From positions 221,836,001 to 221,900,000 of the forward strand of contig OZ024742.1 in NCBI GenBank assembly GCA_964016885.1: 64,000 nucleotides of DNA, given 5' to 3'. Below are positions 24,683-37,759 of this stretch, in pieces; positions within the stretch are counted from its first letter, which is position 1, and each line of letters begins with the position of its first letter. The notes below the pieces were generated by a model. It worked only from the letters and a program-made list of their open reading frames with translations, did not search any database and had not been told where the DNA came from. Origin of the DNA: Eledone cirrhosa (lineage: Eukaryota). The position numbers and the translations under genes were made by a program.

Positions 24683-26930
24683 TAGCAGTGGTACCCGGCG
24701 TTGCACCGGATAAGGTATTTTGGAACGCGGGCCGCCAATAGACCTAATCGTGGAGAAACTGCATACCTGGACAATATGTAAAGAAAATAAACCGAATACT
24801 CTGATGGCTGGATAATCTTTAAGATTTTCCCCGATGAAGCAGGAAAAATGCAGGTTTTCACCTAATGGATCCTAGGGGATCAAGAAAATGAATTTTTTTT
24901 ATGTGCATAATATGCCTTGAAATTTCGGGAAAAATCGGCTAGACGTAACGCCTCCAAAAAGCCCTAAGAAGCTGAAAAAATGAAATTTTTCACCTAATGC
25001 GGGCCCTAGGCCATAAGAAAGTTAGATTTTCTTTGCTTACGGTATGAAGAAGAGACTGACTAATACATAGTTACAATTTCAAGGAAATCGGTCTGACGTA
25101 ACGCCTCAAAAAACCCCCTAAAAATGTTAAAAAACGCAGTTTTGCACCTAATGCGGGCCCTAGGAGATAAAAAAGTTGAATTTGTTTTATGTGCATAACA
25201 CTCCCTAAAACATAAGTAATACACATGTAAAGTTTGAACAAAATCGGTTGGGTACTTCTCGAATTTTAGGGATTCAAACTCACAGACACACACACACACA
25301 TACATCCTCAGGGAAGTGACGTATTGCAGACAGCCAGACATACAGACAGATATTATAAGGGCGCGACGTTATAAGTATGTATCTATCTAAAAAGAGAAAG
25401 ACTAAGAATTATAGAGCGAGATCGCTAAATCGCCTAATGCGGTCCCTAGGGCATTGAAAATTTGAAATTATTTTTGCCTAGAACACTCCCTGAAACATAA
25501 GTATTACATGTGTAAAGTTTGAAAACAGTCGGTTGGGTGGTTCTCGAGTTTTAGGGATTCAAACTCACACACACACAGACAGACATCCTCAGTTTTATAT
25601 ATATAGACTAGCAGTGGTACCCGGCGTTGCACGGGATAAGGTATTTTGGAACGCGGGCCGCCAACAGACCCAATCGTGGAAAAACTGCATGCCTGGACAA
25701 TATGTAAAGAAAATATACCGAATACTCTGATGGCTGGATAATCTTTAAGATTTTCATCGATGAAGAAGGAAAAAAGGCAGGTTTTCACCTAATGCGGGCC
25801 CTAGAGGATCAACAAAATGAATTATTTTTATGTGCATAATATGCCTTGAAATTTAAGGAAAATCGGCTAGACGTAACGCCTAAAAAAAGCCCTAAAAAGC
25901 TGAATAAATCAAGTTTTTCAACTAGGTCATAAAAAAGTTGGATTTTCTTTGCTCACGGTATGAAGAAGAGACTGACTAATACATAGTTACAATTTCAAGG
26001 AAATCGGTCTGACGTAACGCCTCAAAATACCCCTAAAAAACTGAAAAAACCGCAGTTTTTCACCAAATGCGGGCCCTAGGAGATCAAAAAGTTGAATTTT
26101 TGATGTGCATAACACTCCCTGAAACATAACGCGGGCCGCCAACAGACCTAATCGTGGAAAAACTGCATGCCTGGACAATGTGTAAAGAAAATAAACCGAA
26201 TGCTCTGATGCAATTAGTATTAGGTATGCTTATCCTTCCACGTGGAGAAAATCGACTTGGTGCTTTTGTACTTTAATAAAGTGGCATGAGTCAGCAGACA
26301 GATGTCACCACTTATGTCAGAGGGATTCAAACTCACACACACACACACAGACAGACATCATCAGTTTTATACATATAGACTAGCAGAAAACCACACGGTG
26401 GGCGGTTTTCTGCTAGTATATATATATATTACACACACAGAAATGTATATATATTTCTGTGTGTGTATATATATATATTATATACACAGAAATGTATATA
26501 TATTTCTGTGTGTATATATATATATATTACACACACAGAAATGTATATATATTTCTGTGTGTATATATATATATATATTTCTGTGTGTGTATATATATAT
26601 ATATTACACACACACAGAAATGTATATATGTTTCTGTAGCAATTCCCCTTCTCTCCCTCCCGCTATCCCCCTCTTGTAGTCTGTCTCTTTCTTTCACTCT
26701 CACTCTCTCTCTACGCGCGCGCAAAAAACATTCGCACGCGCGCACGTGTTTTAGCGTCTATTCACTCTCTCTCTCCCTCTCTCCCTCCCGCTATCCCCCT
26801 CTCGTAGTCTGTCTCTTTCTTTCACTCTCACTCTCTCTCTACGCGTGCGCAAAAAACATTCGCACGCGCGCACGTGTTTCCACTGTCGGACAGACAGACA
26901 GAGAAATTGCTGGTTATATATTATAAGGAG
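24681..26930 (+). mobile_element. Three head-to-tail Helitron-type non-autonomous elements (24681-25607, 25608-26378, 26379-26930)
   Basis: Junctions tatatag|actagcag; acagacagac subterminal microsatellite; internal direct repeats. Confidence 0.6.
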
Positions 26931-27054
26931 ATGTACATATATGTATACATATATATACATATATAGATACATACACACACATATATATATACACACACAC
27001 ACAATAATTCTATTCTGTTTATTTTATATAATCTCCACAGTATTATTACTGGCA

Positions 27055-27405
27055 TGGCGGTGGATTGGCAGCATAGAGTTATAGCCCTTTACGATCTGAG
27101 CTCAAATCCGGCCGAGGTTAACTTTGCCTATCATCCTTACGTGGCCGATAAAATAAAGCACCAGTAATGTACTGGAGTCGATTTAATCACCCCCCCCCCC
27201 CCAATTACTGGCCTTGTGCCTATACTAGAAATCATTATTACTGGCAGGGCGGTGGATTAGCAGCATAGGGTTACGGCCCTTTACGATCTGAGTTCAAATC
27301 CAACCGAGGTTAACTTTGCCTTTCATTCTTACGGGGTCGATAAAATAAAGTACCAGTAATACACTGGATATAATTGCTGGCCTTGTGCCAAAAGTAGAAA
27401 TAATT
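27055..27405 (+). mobile_element. Two tandem Deu/Nin-core SINEs
   Basis: Family match. Confidence 0.8.
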
Positions 27406-27632
27406 AATTAATCATCCGGACACCAGACTTAAAATATTTCTCTCAGTCGGCTGAAGTATTATCCGTTTGTCTCATCAACGTATCACTTTCAGCCTAGGAG
27501 AGATCCATTGTGTTTACTGTCAGTTTACTGATAGCTTCCTTAACGAAATATCCAATATCCAGTGACATATTCGTGTGGAAAGCATCATGGAGAGATAGAT
27601 AGATATACAGATAGATAGATAGATAGATACAT

Positions 27633-27718
<86 letters not shown>

Positions 27719-27873
27719 CGGAAGTTTGTGTGATGAGAGAGAGGGAGAGGGGGTGGCGGAAGTTTGTGTGATGAGAGAGAAAGAGAGCGAGAGAGCGGAA
27801 GGGAGAGAAAGTGTGTGTGTTTGAGAGAGCGTGTGAGAGACTGAGAGAGATATTCATATGGAAATCGTCACGT

Positions 27874-27924
<51 letters not shown>

Positions 27925-29129
27925 CACATAGAAATCGCCACGTTGACACAGAGAGATAGAGAGAAATGGAGAAAGTGAAAGAGAGAGAGAGAGAGAGAGA
28001 GAGACGTAGATAAACAGAGAGAGAGAGAGAGAGATAGAGAATATCTACATGAAAATCGTCACGTAGACACACAGGGAGAGAAATAAAGACGTAGATACTT
28101 TATTAAGATATCCTATGTTATAACATTGCAGAAATTTACTTCCAGATATAGTTACTTAGTTATATAAGCCATACGAAGAAAACCAACGATAGTGATAGAA
28201 AATGAAATAGTTTATAATTCAATAGATTTTATCGATATATAAGCAAATGGAATCCGAACGCTGTTGATAGATAACTAATACAATTGATTATTCACACACT
28301 GACGCCATTTGCAATATATGTTTCAGTCGCTACGATCCAATTGTTTTTATCTCAAGTCTGCAATTCTGGTAAAATAATCCGGCGTAGAATGAAACTAAGA
28401 TGACTACTCACCAATTTCACTAATAGAATATAATCTTTTTCTACATTCTGAAAACTGTATTTGTGACCAAATCATTATCATCAACATCTCACCGAGATCA
28501 ACTTTGACTTTCATCTTTTCGAGGTCGATAAATAAAATACCAATCCACTAATGAAGTCAATTTTTCCTCTATATTTGTTCATCTCTTGCTCTCTCTCACT
28601 CTTACATTCTTTAGAAGAGACCAGCTGTATTGAAACCTGGAAAGGGATGATCTCCGTCAGGTATAAACGTCAAAGACATGCCATTTGTCATGACGGCGCC
28701 CCTATGACTCCTTCAGGAGTTAATGGCCCATGAATAGATTGAGCAGTCAAGTACTGGGGTTGATATATTAGACCCCCACTCCTCTCATAAAAAATTTGGT
28801 CTTGTACCTATGTAAGAAATAAATATTTACATCGTGTTCTGAATTCAAATCCGGAGTAGACTTAAATTCATGTGACAAGCCACTAATTTCACTTAAGAAA
28901 TATATTTTTGTATGTGAAGGCGCGTAGCTCAATAGCTAGGATGTGCGGCTTATGATCGTAAATTCGTCAGTTCGATTCCCGATAGCACGTTGTGTCCTTG
29001 TGCAAGGCACTTTATTTTACTAAACAGCCACATATGAATTGTACTTGTAATTGAAAGGATCAAAGTTGTTACAGACTGTGTCAGGTGGTATCTCCCCAAC
29101 ACTGAGACTACGATACAATGTCATCAACT

Positions 29130-29600
29130 ACAGTAGGCAGAAGATACTGTCAGAATGGACCCTAGTAGATTGCTACAAAGAACTTGCTAATGACACAAGA
29201 CATTTTAAGGATCAAATAAAATCATATTTAATCCAGGCAGAATTCAGCCCAAATATTTACAAGGAGTCAGCTGAGAATCATAAGAGCTGGAGGTCAGCCG
29301 TCTTTAAAGGTTAAAACCATCTTGTGAACCAACGAAGACTTTATGTTGATCAACGACGCAATGAAAGGAGAGAGATGAACAAAAAACGCCCTTCTCTAAG
29401 ACTTGTGCAGCATATGCCAGCAGTTAGTCCATAGAAGACAAGTACTGTTTAATCATGCTCTCCTCCTAGTCTATTGTACAACATATATCAATAGTTTTCA
29501 AACTGAGACAGTCCAACAATACCCTCCTCCTAGTCTCTTGTGTAACATATACCAAGGGCTATTCCATACCAAATTGGGACTGTTCAGCCATGCTCCCTCC
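29130..29600 (+). mobile_element. RTE-clade LINE 3' remnant
   Basis: RHFKDQIKSYL..AENHKSWRSAVFKG followed by decayed CxxC zinc-finger-like tracts. Confidence 0.55.
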
Positions 29601-29936
29601 ACCTATCAACATATACCAACAACTATTCCTCAACAAACTGGGACTTTCCAGTCATGTTCATTATAAGCACCACGACAACAGTATTAAATTGAGTATAGAA
29701 ACAACTAATGTTCGGAATCAAATAGTGTAGGTGTTTATTTACAAGGGAACTTAGTGAGAATGACTATAATATTGTCACAATTTACTTCATATTGTTACTT
29801 GTATGATCTCGTAACTCCCGATTGTGTCGCAGGGGCGCCGTATTGACATACAGCGTTTCTTGGGCATTTTAAGCCTGGCAGAGCCCATCCCTCTCCAGGG
29901 CTGTGTACAGCAGATATTTTCCAGAGAAAGATAGAA

Positions 29937-29987
<51 letters not shown>

Positions 29988-30102
29988 GAGATTAATAGAG
30001 GAAGAATCGACCCAGTACTAGACTGGTACTTTTTTATCGACCTCGAAAGGATGAAAGGCAAAGTTGATCTTGGCATATTGTTACTTACACTTTTAACCTA
30101 TA

Positions 30103-30322
30103 GGACGGTGGGTTGGCAGTATCGGTAGAACATCGGACAACATGCTTTGCAGCATAGAGTTACGCTCCTTTACATTCTAAGTTCAAATCCTGTCGAGGTT
30201 AGATTTATCTTTCATCTTTACCATGTCAATATGATAAAGTAGCAGTAATGCACTGAGGACAATTTAATCGACTATCCCCTCCCTCAAAATTGTTGGCCTT
30301 GTGTCTAATTCAGAAACCATTA
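30103..30322 (+). mobile_element. Deu/Nin-core SINE ending just upstream of the exon E acceptor
   Basis: Family match. Confidence 0.75.
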
Positions 30323-30332
30323 TAATCTTCAG

Positions 30333-30423
30333 ATATTGGTATACAAATGGATGTCTAACTCCCGATTTACTGACAGTTTACATAGCACTGGATAAGTGTA
30401 CCAAAGAAAATGGTTGTTTGCAG
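30333..30423 (+). CDS. PhyH-family dioxygenase exon E
   Basis: cttcag|ATAT...CAG|gtgagc; [33 protein letters not shown]...ENGCL motif; phase 2 to 0. Confidence 0.93.
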
Positions 30424-30599
30424 GTGAGCATCTCATAGAATTAATATTTCTTTATTCTTTTACTGGCTTCAGTCATTAGACTGCAGCTGAGGCAAGGTAA
30501 GCTACAGTCGAAGACATTTGCCTAAGGTGCATCAGTGAGACGAATCCGAAACCACCTGATTCCAACACGAAGTCTGTAACCACTCAGCCATACATGCGA

Positions 30600-30705
<106 letters not shown>

Positions 30706-30799
30706 CACACACATATGAATGTATGTTTCCCTTTCTCTTAATTTCGAGTATATTTTTGACCGGTTACCTTCCTGGTGGCAAGGCTGGAAAAGAAAAGAA

Positions 30800-31445
30800 A
30801 TTGTCATCCATTCAATCGCAAGAATGTTTTGCAAATTTTGAAGGAGCCAGCTATCGCGGCCATTTGTAGTCTATGAATTAGGGAGCTGCGTTCTTTACCC
30901 ACAAATCCAAGTTCAGTCATACATTGATCCAAACGAGTTAGTATATAACCTGTAGCTCCAATAATGAAGGTGTATCTTGGATACTGGATCTGCAAACTCC
31001 TCATCAATGGTCCGTAGATGTACTCCGTCTCTTCTATTTTTCTTACAACGTTGACATCAAGTGGGCAGCTGATCTCCATCACAGAACACGTTTTCAATGT
31101 GTGGTCCCAAACAACAATATTAGGCGGGTTGTGTTTTAATTTCGTGGCAGTTTTTATTTTCAGTATCCACCAGTATTCTTTAGTGCCATCTGTCTCAATA
31201 TATTCCGCCTCGTTAATTTTGTTTTCCTAAGTGCGCTCCAGATGGTTCTAGCTATCACATGGTGTCTCATAGGGAGGTAGTAGCGAGACGACATTCTTTC
31301 GCATCTGGCAACAATGTGGCTTACATCTTCGATCTTTGTTTTACAAAGCCTACATTTATTGTCGACTGATGGCCCTCCTCTTTTGTGCAGCAGATATTTG
31401 GTATGGATTTCTTGTTCCCGTATTGCATAGAGATATCCTTCAAAT
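30800..31445 (-). mobile_element. R4/Dong-clade non-LTR retrotransposon 3' fragment
   Basis: [46 protein letters not shown]; abuts (TACA)n; related remnant at ~41140-41435. Confidence 0.8.
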
Positions 31446-32639
31446 GTATGTATGTATGTATGTATGTATGTATGTATGTATGTATGTATGTATGTATGTA
31501 TGTATGTATGTATGTATGTACGTACGTTCGTACGTTCGTACGTACATACATACATATATATCAGAGAGAGAAAGCGAGTGAAAGAAAAGCGTATATGAAA
31601 GCATATACAATATGTTTATGCATAATAAACATGCATATGTCTCGCTATGGGTATTTTAAGCCGCATTTATATATACAGAGCTATATATATATATATATAT
31701 AGGCATCCACGCACACTTACACACATATACAAACGCCTGTACGCATAAACACACACACATACACATACAGACGTTTTTTTTTTTGTTTTTTGGTTTTCTA
31801 GTATTTCGTCGGAAGTAAAATAAACGAAGAGGAAAATGTAAACTCCGCCGCCTATGAAATAGCTGACGACACCATTGTTATTGACGCTCGCTATAGGTAG
31901 CTTTATAGGCGATAATATCGTAGATTAACATTTAATAGTGGCAATAAGTGTAAAAATAAATACTATGTTATGAGAGGAGAATGAAAGTTGACATTATCAT
32001 ATTAATCTAATTATAAAATACATTTCTAATGGGAGATCAGAATTTGGAGACACAGGGGCGGTGGAAGCGTTTCTGAATTGGGTTGAATTTAGTTGCATTG
32101 ATTAGTTTAGTTGTTATTATCAAATATTGACCAAGATATAAAAAAAATAACAACTTCGATATGCGATAAACATGTACATTAATTTGTAACGCATTTACAA
32201 ATAGATGAGTGTTTTGGTAGTTAGGGGAGAAAAATATAATTATTGAGACAGGGTGCAATGACTATCGATACAAATGATTGGTTCATTACGAGAGAATCGA
32301 AGTATAAATGATGTGTTATGGTAAGCATGTGAAGGTGTGTGGATTAGTGGTTAGTGTTGTTGGGCTCATCATCGTAATGTCATGAGTTCGATTCCGAAAC
32401 CATGCAGTGCGTTACGTTCTTGAATAAAACACTTCATTTTACGTTCCTTTAAACGACGTGGAAAGTATGTGAAGATGAGTGTTTATTGATTAAGGGATTG
32501 GGCTCATGATCGTAATGCCGTGGGCTCGATTTCTGGACCAGGCAATACGTTGTATTACTGAGTAAAAAACAACAACAACACATTTCATAAAAAAAAAACC
32601 ATAAACCCATTTCATGTCAAAAATGTTACCAATAACATG

Positions 32640-32788
32640 GCTTGCTCCGCTTCTTTGTTTATGAGCAAGTTCCCCATAAAACAGTTGCTTGGGGATATGT
32701 TCGTTAGCCGTACGGACAATATGTCCAGACCACCGTAGTTGGTTTTTCAGAATTATTGCCTGGATGGAACAAATACCAGATGCAGTTA

Positions 32789-32790
<2 letters not shown>
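32640..32790 (-). mobile_element. RTE (BovB-like) LINE 3' fragment
   Basis: QLRWSGHIVR..IPKQLFYGEL..RS. Confidence 0.75.
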
Positions 32791-32844
<54 letters not shown>

Positions 32845-32847
<3 letters not shown>

Positions 32848-33031
32848 TGAAATTCCATTATAACGAAATTCACGGGATATAAAAAAAATTCGTTGTGACG
32901 AAAAATTCTTTATAACGAAATCAACCGAAACAGATTGAACGTTTGTTTGTTATTACCTCGTGGATTGAAAAACATTTCGTTATACTGATAAATTCGTTAT
33001 AATGGTATTCGTTATAACGGAATTTTAATTG
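32845..33031. mobile_element. pogo/Tigger-type MITE
   Basis: ta|cagtgaaattccattataacgaa ... ttcgttataacggaattttaattg|ta; imperfect TIRs, TA target. Confidence 0.75.
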
Positions 33032-33632
33032 TATATATATATATATTCATTTTATTAAAGCTAGTGAGTCTTGTGACTCTGGAGTTTCGTTTATGATGGG
33101 CAGGCGGAACTCCAGAGTACAAGACTCACTATTTAACCATAACAAAATAAGTATTAAAACTCTACTTGTAGACAACACACATACATATATATATATTTAT
33201 ATGTATGTGTGTTGTCTATCACGTCTTCCTTTTTCACCTTTTATTTACCTTCCCCTCGGTCAACTTGTGTCCGTTTATATATATATATATATACACATAT
33301 ATATATATATATCATCATCATTTTGCGTCCGCTTTTCCCTGCTTGCAAGAGTGGGACGGGAACTGATTCTGGCGTGATTTCTATAGCTGGATGCCCTTCC
33401 TAACACCAACCTCATTTACAGTGAGTGGTGGGTGCTTTTTTTGCCGTGGCACCTCCACGACCACTTTGCAGTGGAATGATATGGACCCCAGTACCTATCA
33501 TCTCATTTCTACAGCTGAGTAAACTGGAGCAATGTGAAATAAAGTGTCTTGCTCAAGGAAACAACACATGAAGTCACAACCTTTCGATTGCAAGGCCAAT
33601 CAATGCTCTAACCACTAAGCCATGTGCCTCCA

Positions 33633-33670
<38 letters not shown>

Positions 33671-33692
33671 CATATATATCTCTATATCTATA

Positions 33693-33769
<77 letters not shown>

Positions 33770-33772
33770 ATA

Positions 33773-33860
<88 letters not shown>

Positions 33861-34635
33861 AAAGAATAAAAAGAATAGAGGTGTAACACACGAGTTGTGA
33901 TATATTGGTAAAAGGAAAAGAAAATGCTAACAAATTGTTCCCAGTGAAAAATAGCTTAATTAGGAATAAGTAAAAATTAGTAATAAGTATTGGTTAGTAT
34001 TCAGTTTTAGTTTTAAGTTTTTACCGGTTGCGGATTTCAAAAATAATTTTTAATTTACCGGTTGCGCTTTTCAAAAATAATTTTGAGATAGAGCGCCCGT
34101 GATGTTTGCTCTAATCTGATTAGTTTTGGAAATCCTACCTGTTTTATGTGAAAAAAGTGGCTCCAGAGGTATTGAAATAAGTTTCGCGCCAATTCGTGTT
34201 GCAAAAATTCTTGTGGTCAAAACAATTTTGATTGGTCGGTAGAGGTCACGTGAATGTTAAAAATTGATTTTGCGCCAAAATGTAGGTTTGTCGAAGAGTA
34301 TCCTTTTTCGCCTGATTGAAAAGTCACTGAAAAATAAGTCTTTTAAGACAAATATGTGTGTGTGTAGTAAAGAGGTTCATTGTTGTGATAATGGTCAGTA
34401 TATCTATATAATGGTCAGTATATATATATAAGTATGTATACGTACATACATATATGTATACAGACGTACAGTAGTATGTATATATATATACATACATGCA
34501 CACATATATATATGTACGTATGGATTCACCGAACATTTATTATAATGCTCGGTGTGTTTGTAAACATACATCCCGAATTAAGCCGTACAGTGTCTAGCAA
34601 CCATCGTTACTCATTTGTTCAACACTGACAAGGGA

Positions 34636-34678
34636 ACGCTGTACTAGTTTCAAGCTTATTAGCTATCGTCAGCAACGT
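34636..34678 (-). ncRNA. Minimal type I hammerhead ribozyme (second copy 35065-35103 -)
   Basis: minus: acgttg-CTGACGA-tagct aata agct t-GAAACTAGTA-cagcgt; palindromic stem III actagt. Confidence 0.8.
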
Positions 34679-35213
34679 ATACCTTCCTGCCAGATGGTTG
34701 AACGTCTGAAAGTATATACTTTCCTTATGCATATTAACGGCCGAGCAGCCTAATTTGCATATCGAGTGAGTTAATCGGCCGGGGTACCGAAAACGATAAA
34801 CGAAAAAAATGAAACGAAATTTTATTTCTCACTTTTAGTACGGCTGTTACTTAAATATAAGTATGTATACGTACATACATATATGTATACAGACGTACAG
34901 TAGTATGTATATATATATACATACATGCACACATATATATATGTACGTATGGATTCACCGAGCATTTATTATAATGCTCAGTGTGTTTGTAAACATACAT
35001 CCCGAATTAAGCCGTACAGTGTCTAGCAACCATCGTTGCTCATTTGTTCAACACTGACAAAGGAACGCTGTACTAGTTTCAAGCTTATTAGCTATCGTCA
35101 GCAGTTATCCCGGCCGATTAACTCACTCGATATGCAAATTAGGCTGCTCAGTCGTTAATATGCATAAGGAAAGTATATACTTTCAGACGTTCAACCATCT
35201 GGCAGGAAGGTAT

Positions 35214-35253
35214 ACGTTGCTGATGATAGCTAAGCTTGAAACTAGTACAGCGT
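35214..35253 (+). ncRNA. Minimal type I hammerhead ribozyme (inverted copy)
   Basis: acgttg-CTGATGA-tagctaagctt-GAAACTAGTA-cagcgt. Confidence 0.7.
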
Positions 35254-35403
35254 TATGTAAATAAACAAATAAATAAACAAATATAAACACACACAGACAC
35301 CCGGATGTAACACATGCGCAAACTAAGCACACAACACACACAAAAACAAGATGGCGTAGGACAGAACAAAGGAGAGTCACAAAAACAAAGAAAAGAATCC
35401 CCA

Positions 35404-35446
35404 GTCACTGAAGAGGTCACAGAATGTGTGACGAAAGAACTTTGAC
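35404..35446 (+). ncRNA. Minimal type I hammerhead ribozyme
   Basis: gtca-CTGAAGA-g gtcaca gaatg tgtgac-GAAAgaaCTT-tgac. Confidence 0.7.
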
Positions 35447-35582
35447 AATATATGAACAATGGTCTGGTTGTGGAACCAACTAACCAATCGGAAATTTATA
35501 AATTTAATTTATAATAAATTGAAGTGAAAGCAACTGGTGCGTGTGTTTCTTATTGGCAACATGACCCTCCCAAAGTATAACA

Positions 35583-35619
<37 letters not shown>

Positions 35620-36533
35620 CGGAGAAACCTAATAGCGATACTCCGGCCAAATTCCAACTCACTCAACAAACATTAGGAAATAGCCGAGTATATTCCTAAT
35701 TAAATGTTCGGGGTGCTAACTAATTGTATTGTGTGGAGAATTGGCTGTATCATTTCATATGAGATATATCAAATATATCACTTCCCAGACGACTCGTTTC
35801 ATTATAAGATTTCCACAAATTGGGTGAAATTATATCAAGTTATGTAGAAGCTTGTATAAGATCAACAGATACTTATTCAAGTGGGCTCTTATAATTCTTC
35901 AGTGGGTGCCCAATAATATTAATATTGATAACCAAACCAACATCAATATTTAGCGATAATCACCATCAGTGCTTGAGGGAGCTGCTAGGTTGTTCGTCCA
36001 GCAGTTCTAAAGAAAATCTCACACTGTCTCGAAAATAGGAGGAAGGAGACTACCACCCAAAACAATACATGCGCAGGTCGTTGAACTCTGAAAAGAATTC
36101 AAGCCACGTGCTTAGAACTCGATTGGATATGTAAAAATAACTATATGTGCGCATCGCTTAATGACTCATAGATATCTTCTCGGGCAAAATAACAGAATAG
36201 GATACAAGAACAAACAATCAATATTCATATAAAAAAACAAACAAAGAGAGTCATACCTTATATCGGGAAAGTTCACATCTGTTGCTCCAAGAGTAAATAT
36301 ATAAATACATAATCGGAGAAAGCTAATAGCGATACTCCGGCCAAATTCCAACTCACTCAACAAACATTAGGAAATAGCTGAGTATATTCCTAATTAAACG
36401 TTCGGGCTGCTAACTAATTGTATTGTGTGGAAAATTGGCTGTATCATTTCATATGAGATATATCAAATATATCACTTCCCAGACGACTCGTTTCATTGTA
36501 AGATTTTTACAAGTTGGGTGAAATTATACCAAG

Positions 36534-36603
<70 letters not shown>

Positions 36604-36705
36604 GTATGTGTGAAGTAATTCCGTCGGAAAGGTCCAGGAAAAAAGAGTGTTCTATGTAGGTTACAGAGCTTATTAGTTATGTAATAAACAACATAAGATA
36701 ATTAT

Positions 36706-36764
36706 TTCATTTACCAGTGGTTTCTTGAAAGCAAACAAAATTTGCTTTCAGTCATCAGAATGAA
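36706..36764 (-). ncRNA. Type I hammerhead ribozyme, left arm of palindrome
   Basis: Exact reverse complement of 36831-36889. Confidence 0.8.
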
Positions 36765-36830
36765 AAAATCCTGGTGTATTTATTGACAGTGGTTTTTAAA
36801 ATCCACTGTCAATAAATACACCAGGATTTT

Positions 36831-36889
36831 TTCATTCTGATGACTGAAAGCAAATTTTGTTTGCTTTCAAGAAACCACTGGTAAATGAA
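36831..36889 (+). ncRNA. Type I hammerhead ribozyme, right arm of palindrome
   Basis: ttcatt-CTGATGA-c tgaaagcaaa ttttg tttgctttca a-GAAAC cactg GTA-aatgaa. Confidence 0.8.
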
Positions 36890-36918
36890 ATAATTATCTT
36901 ATGTTGTTTATTACATAA

Positions 36919-37002
<84 letters not shown>

Positions 37003-37033
37003 GTGTGTGTTGATTGCTTAAACACACACACAC

Positions 37034-37147
<114 letters not shown>

Positions 37148-37150
37148 AGA

Positions 37151-37181
<31 letters not shown>

Positions 37182-37759
37182 AAGCAATCAATTTAATCTG
37201 TTCATCAGTGCACGCACCAGCATTTCAAGATATTGATTCCAGAGTTAGGAATAAGACCATGATGTTTGGGGAGGGGAGTGGAGGGGAAATACACAGGGAT
37301 GGACGATGACGGAGGCTGGAGGCTGGAGGGGGATGTTGAATGTGTAAGGTGAACTGAAATGGCTTCGATGGTAAAGAATCAACAGCAAGGCACGTATTCG
37401 CCTGGCTTCTCTTATTTCGAGAAAATCCAATCTAATTTGCTTCCTTGCCTGTAATAAATACCGAAGTCTTACACCTGTATATCTAAAGGCACGTGGCTTA
37501 GTTGTTAAGTACACAGTGGTTCCCAAACCGTGAGCCTCCAGATGTAATTATTTGCGCCCCATGAAATAGCTAAATTCTGTTTCGAAATGTGAAATATAAT
37601 TTAACTCTTTTCATACCAAACTCAATCACATGAAGTCGCACATTGTTCATTGATACAGAACTATTTATCTTAAACTGTTTATATTTATCTAAAAACCACC
37701 CAATCAGAACATTATGTAAGAATCTTTATTAAGTTATGTTTCAAATACCGGATTAATAA

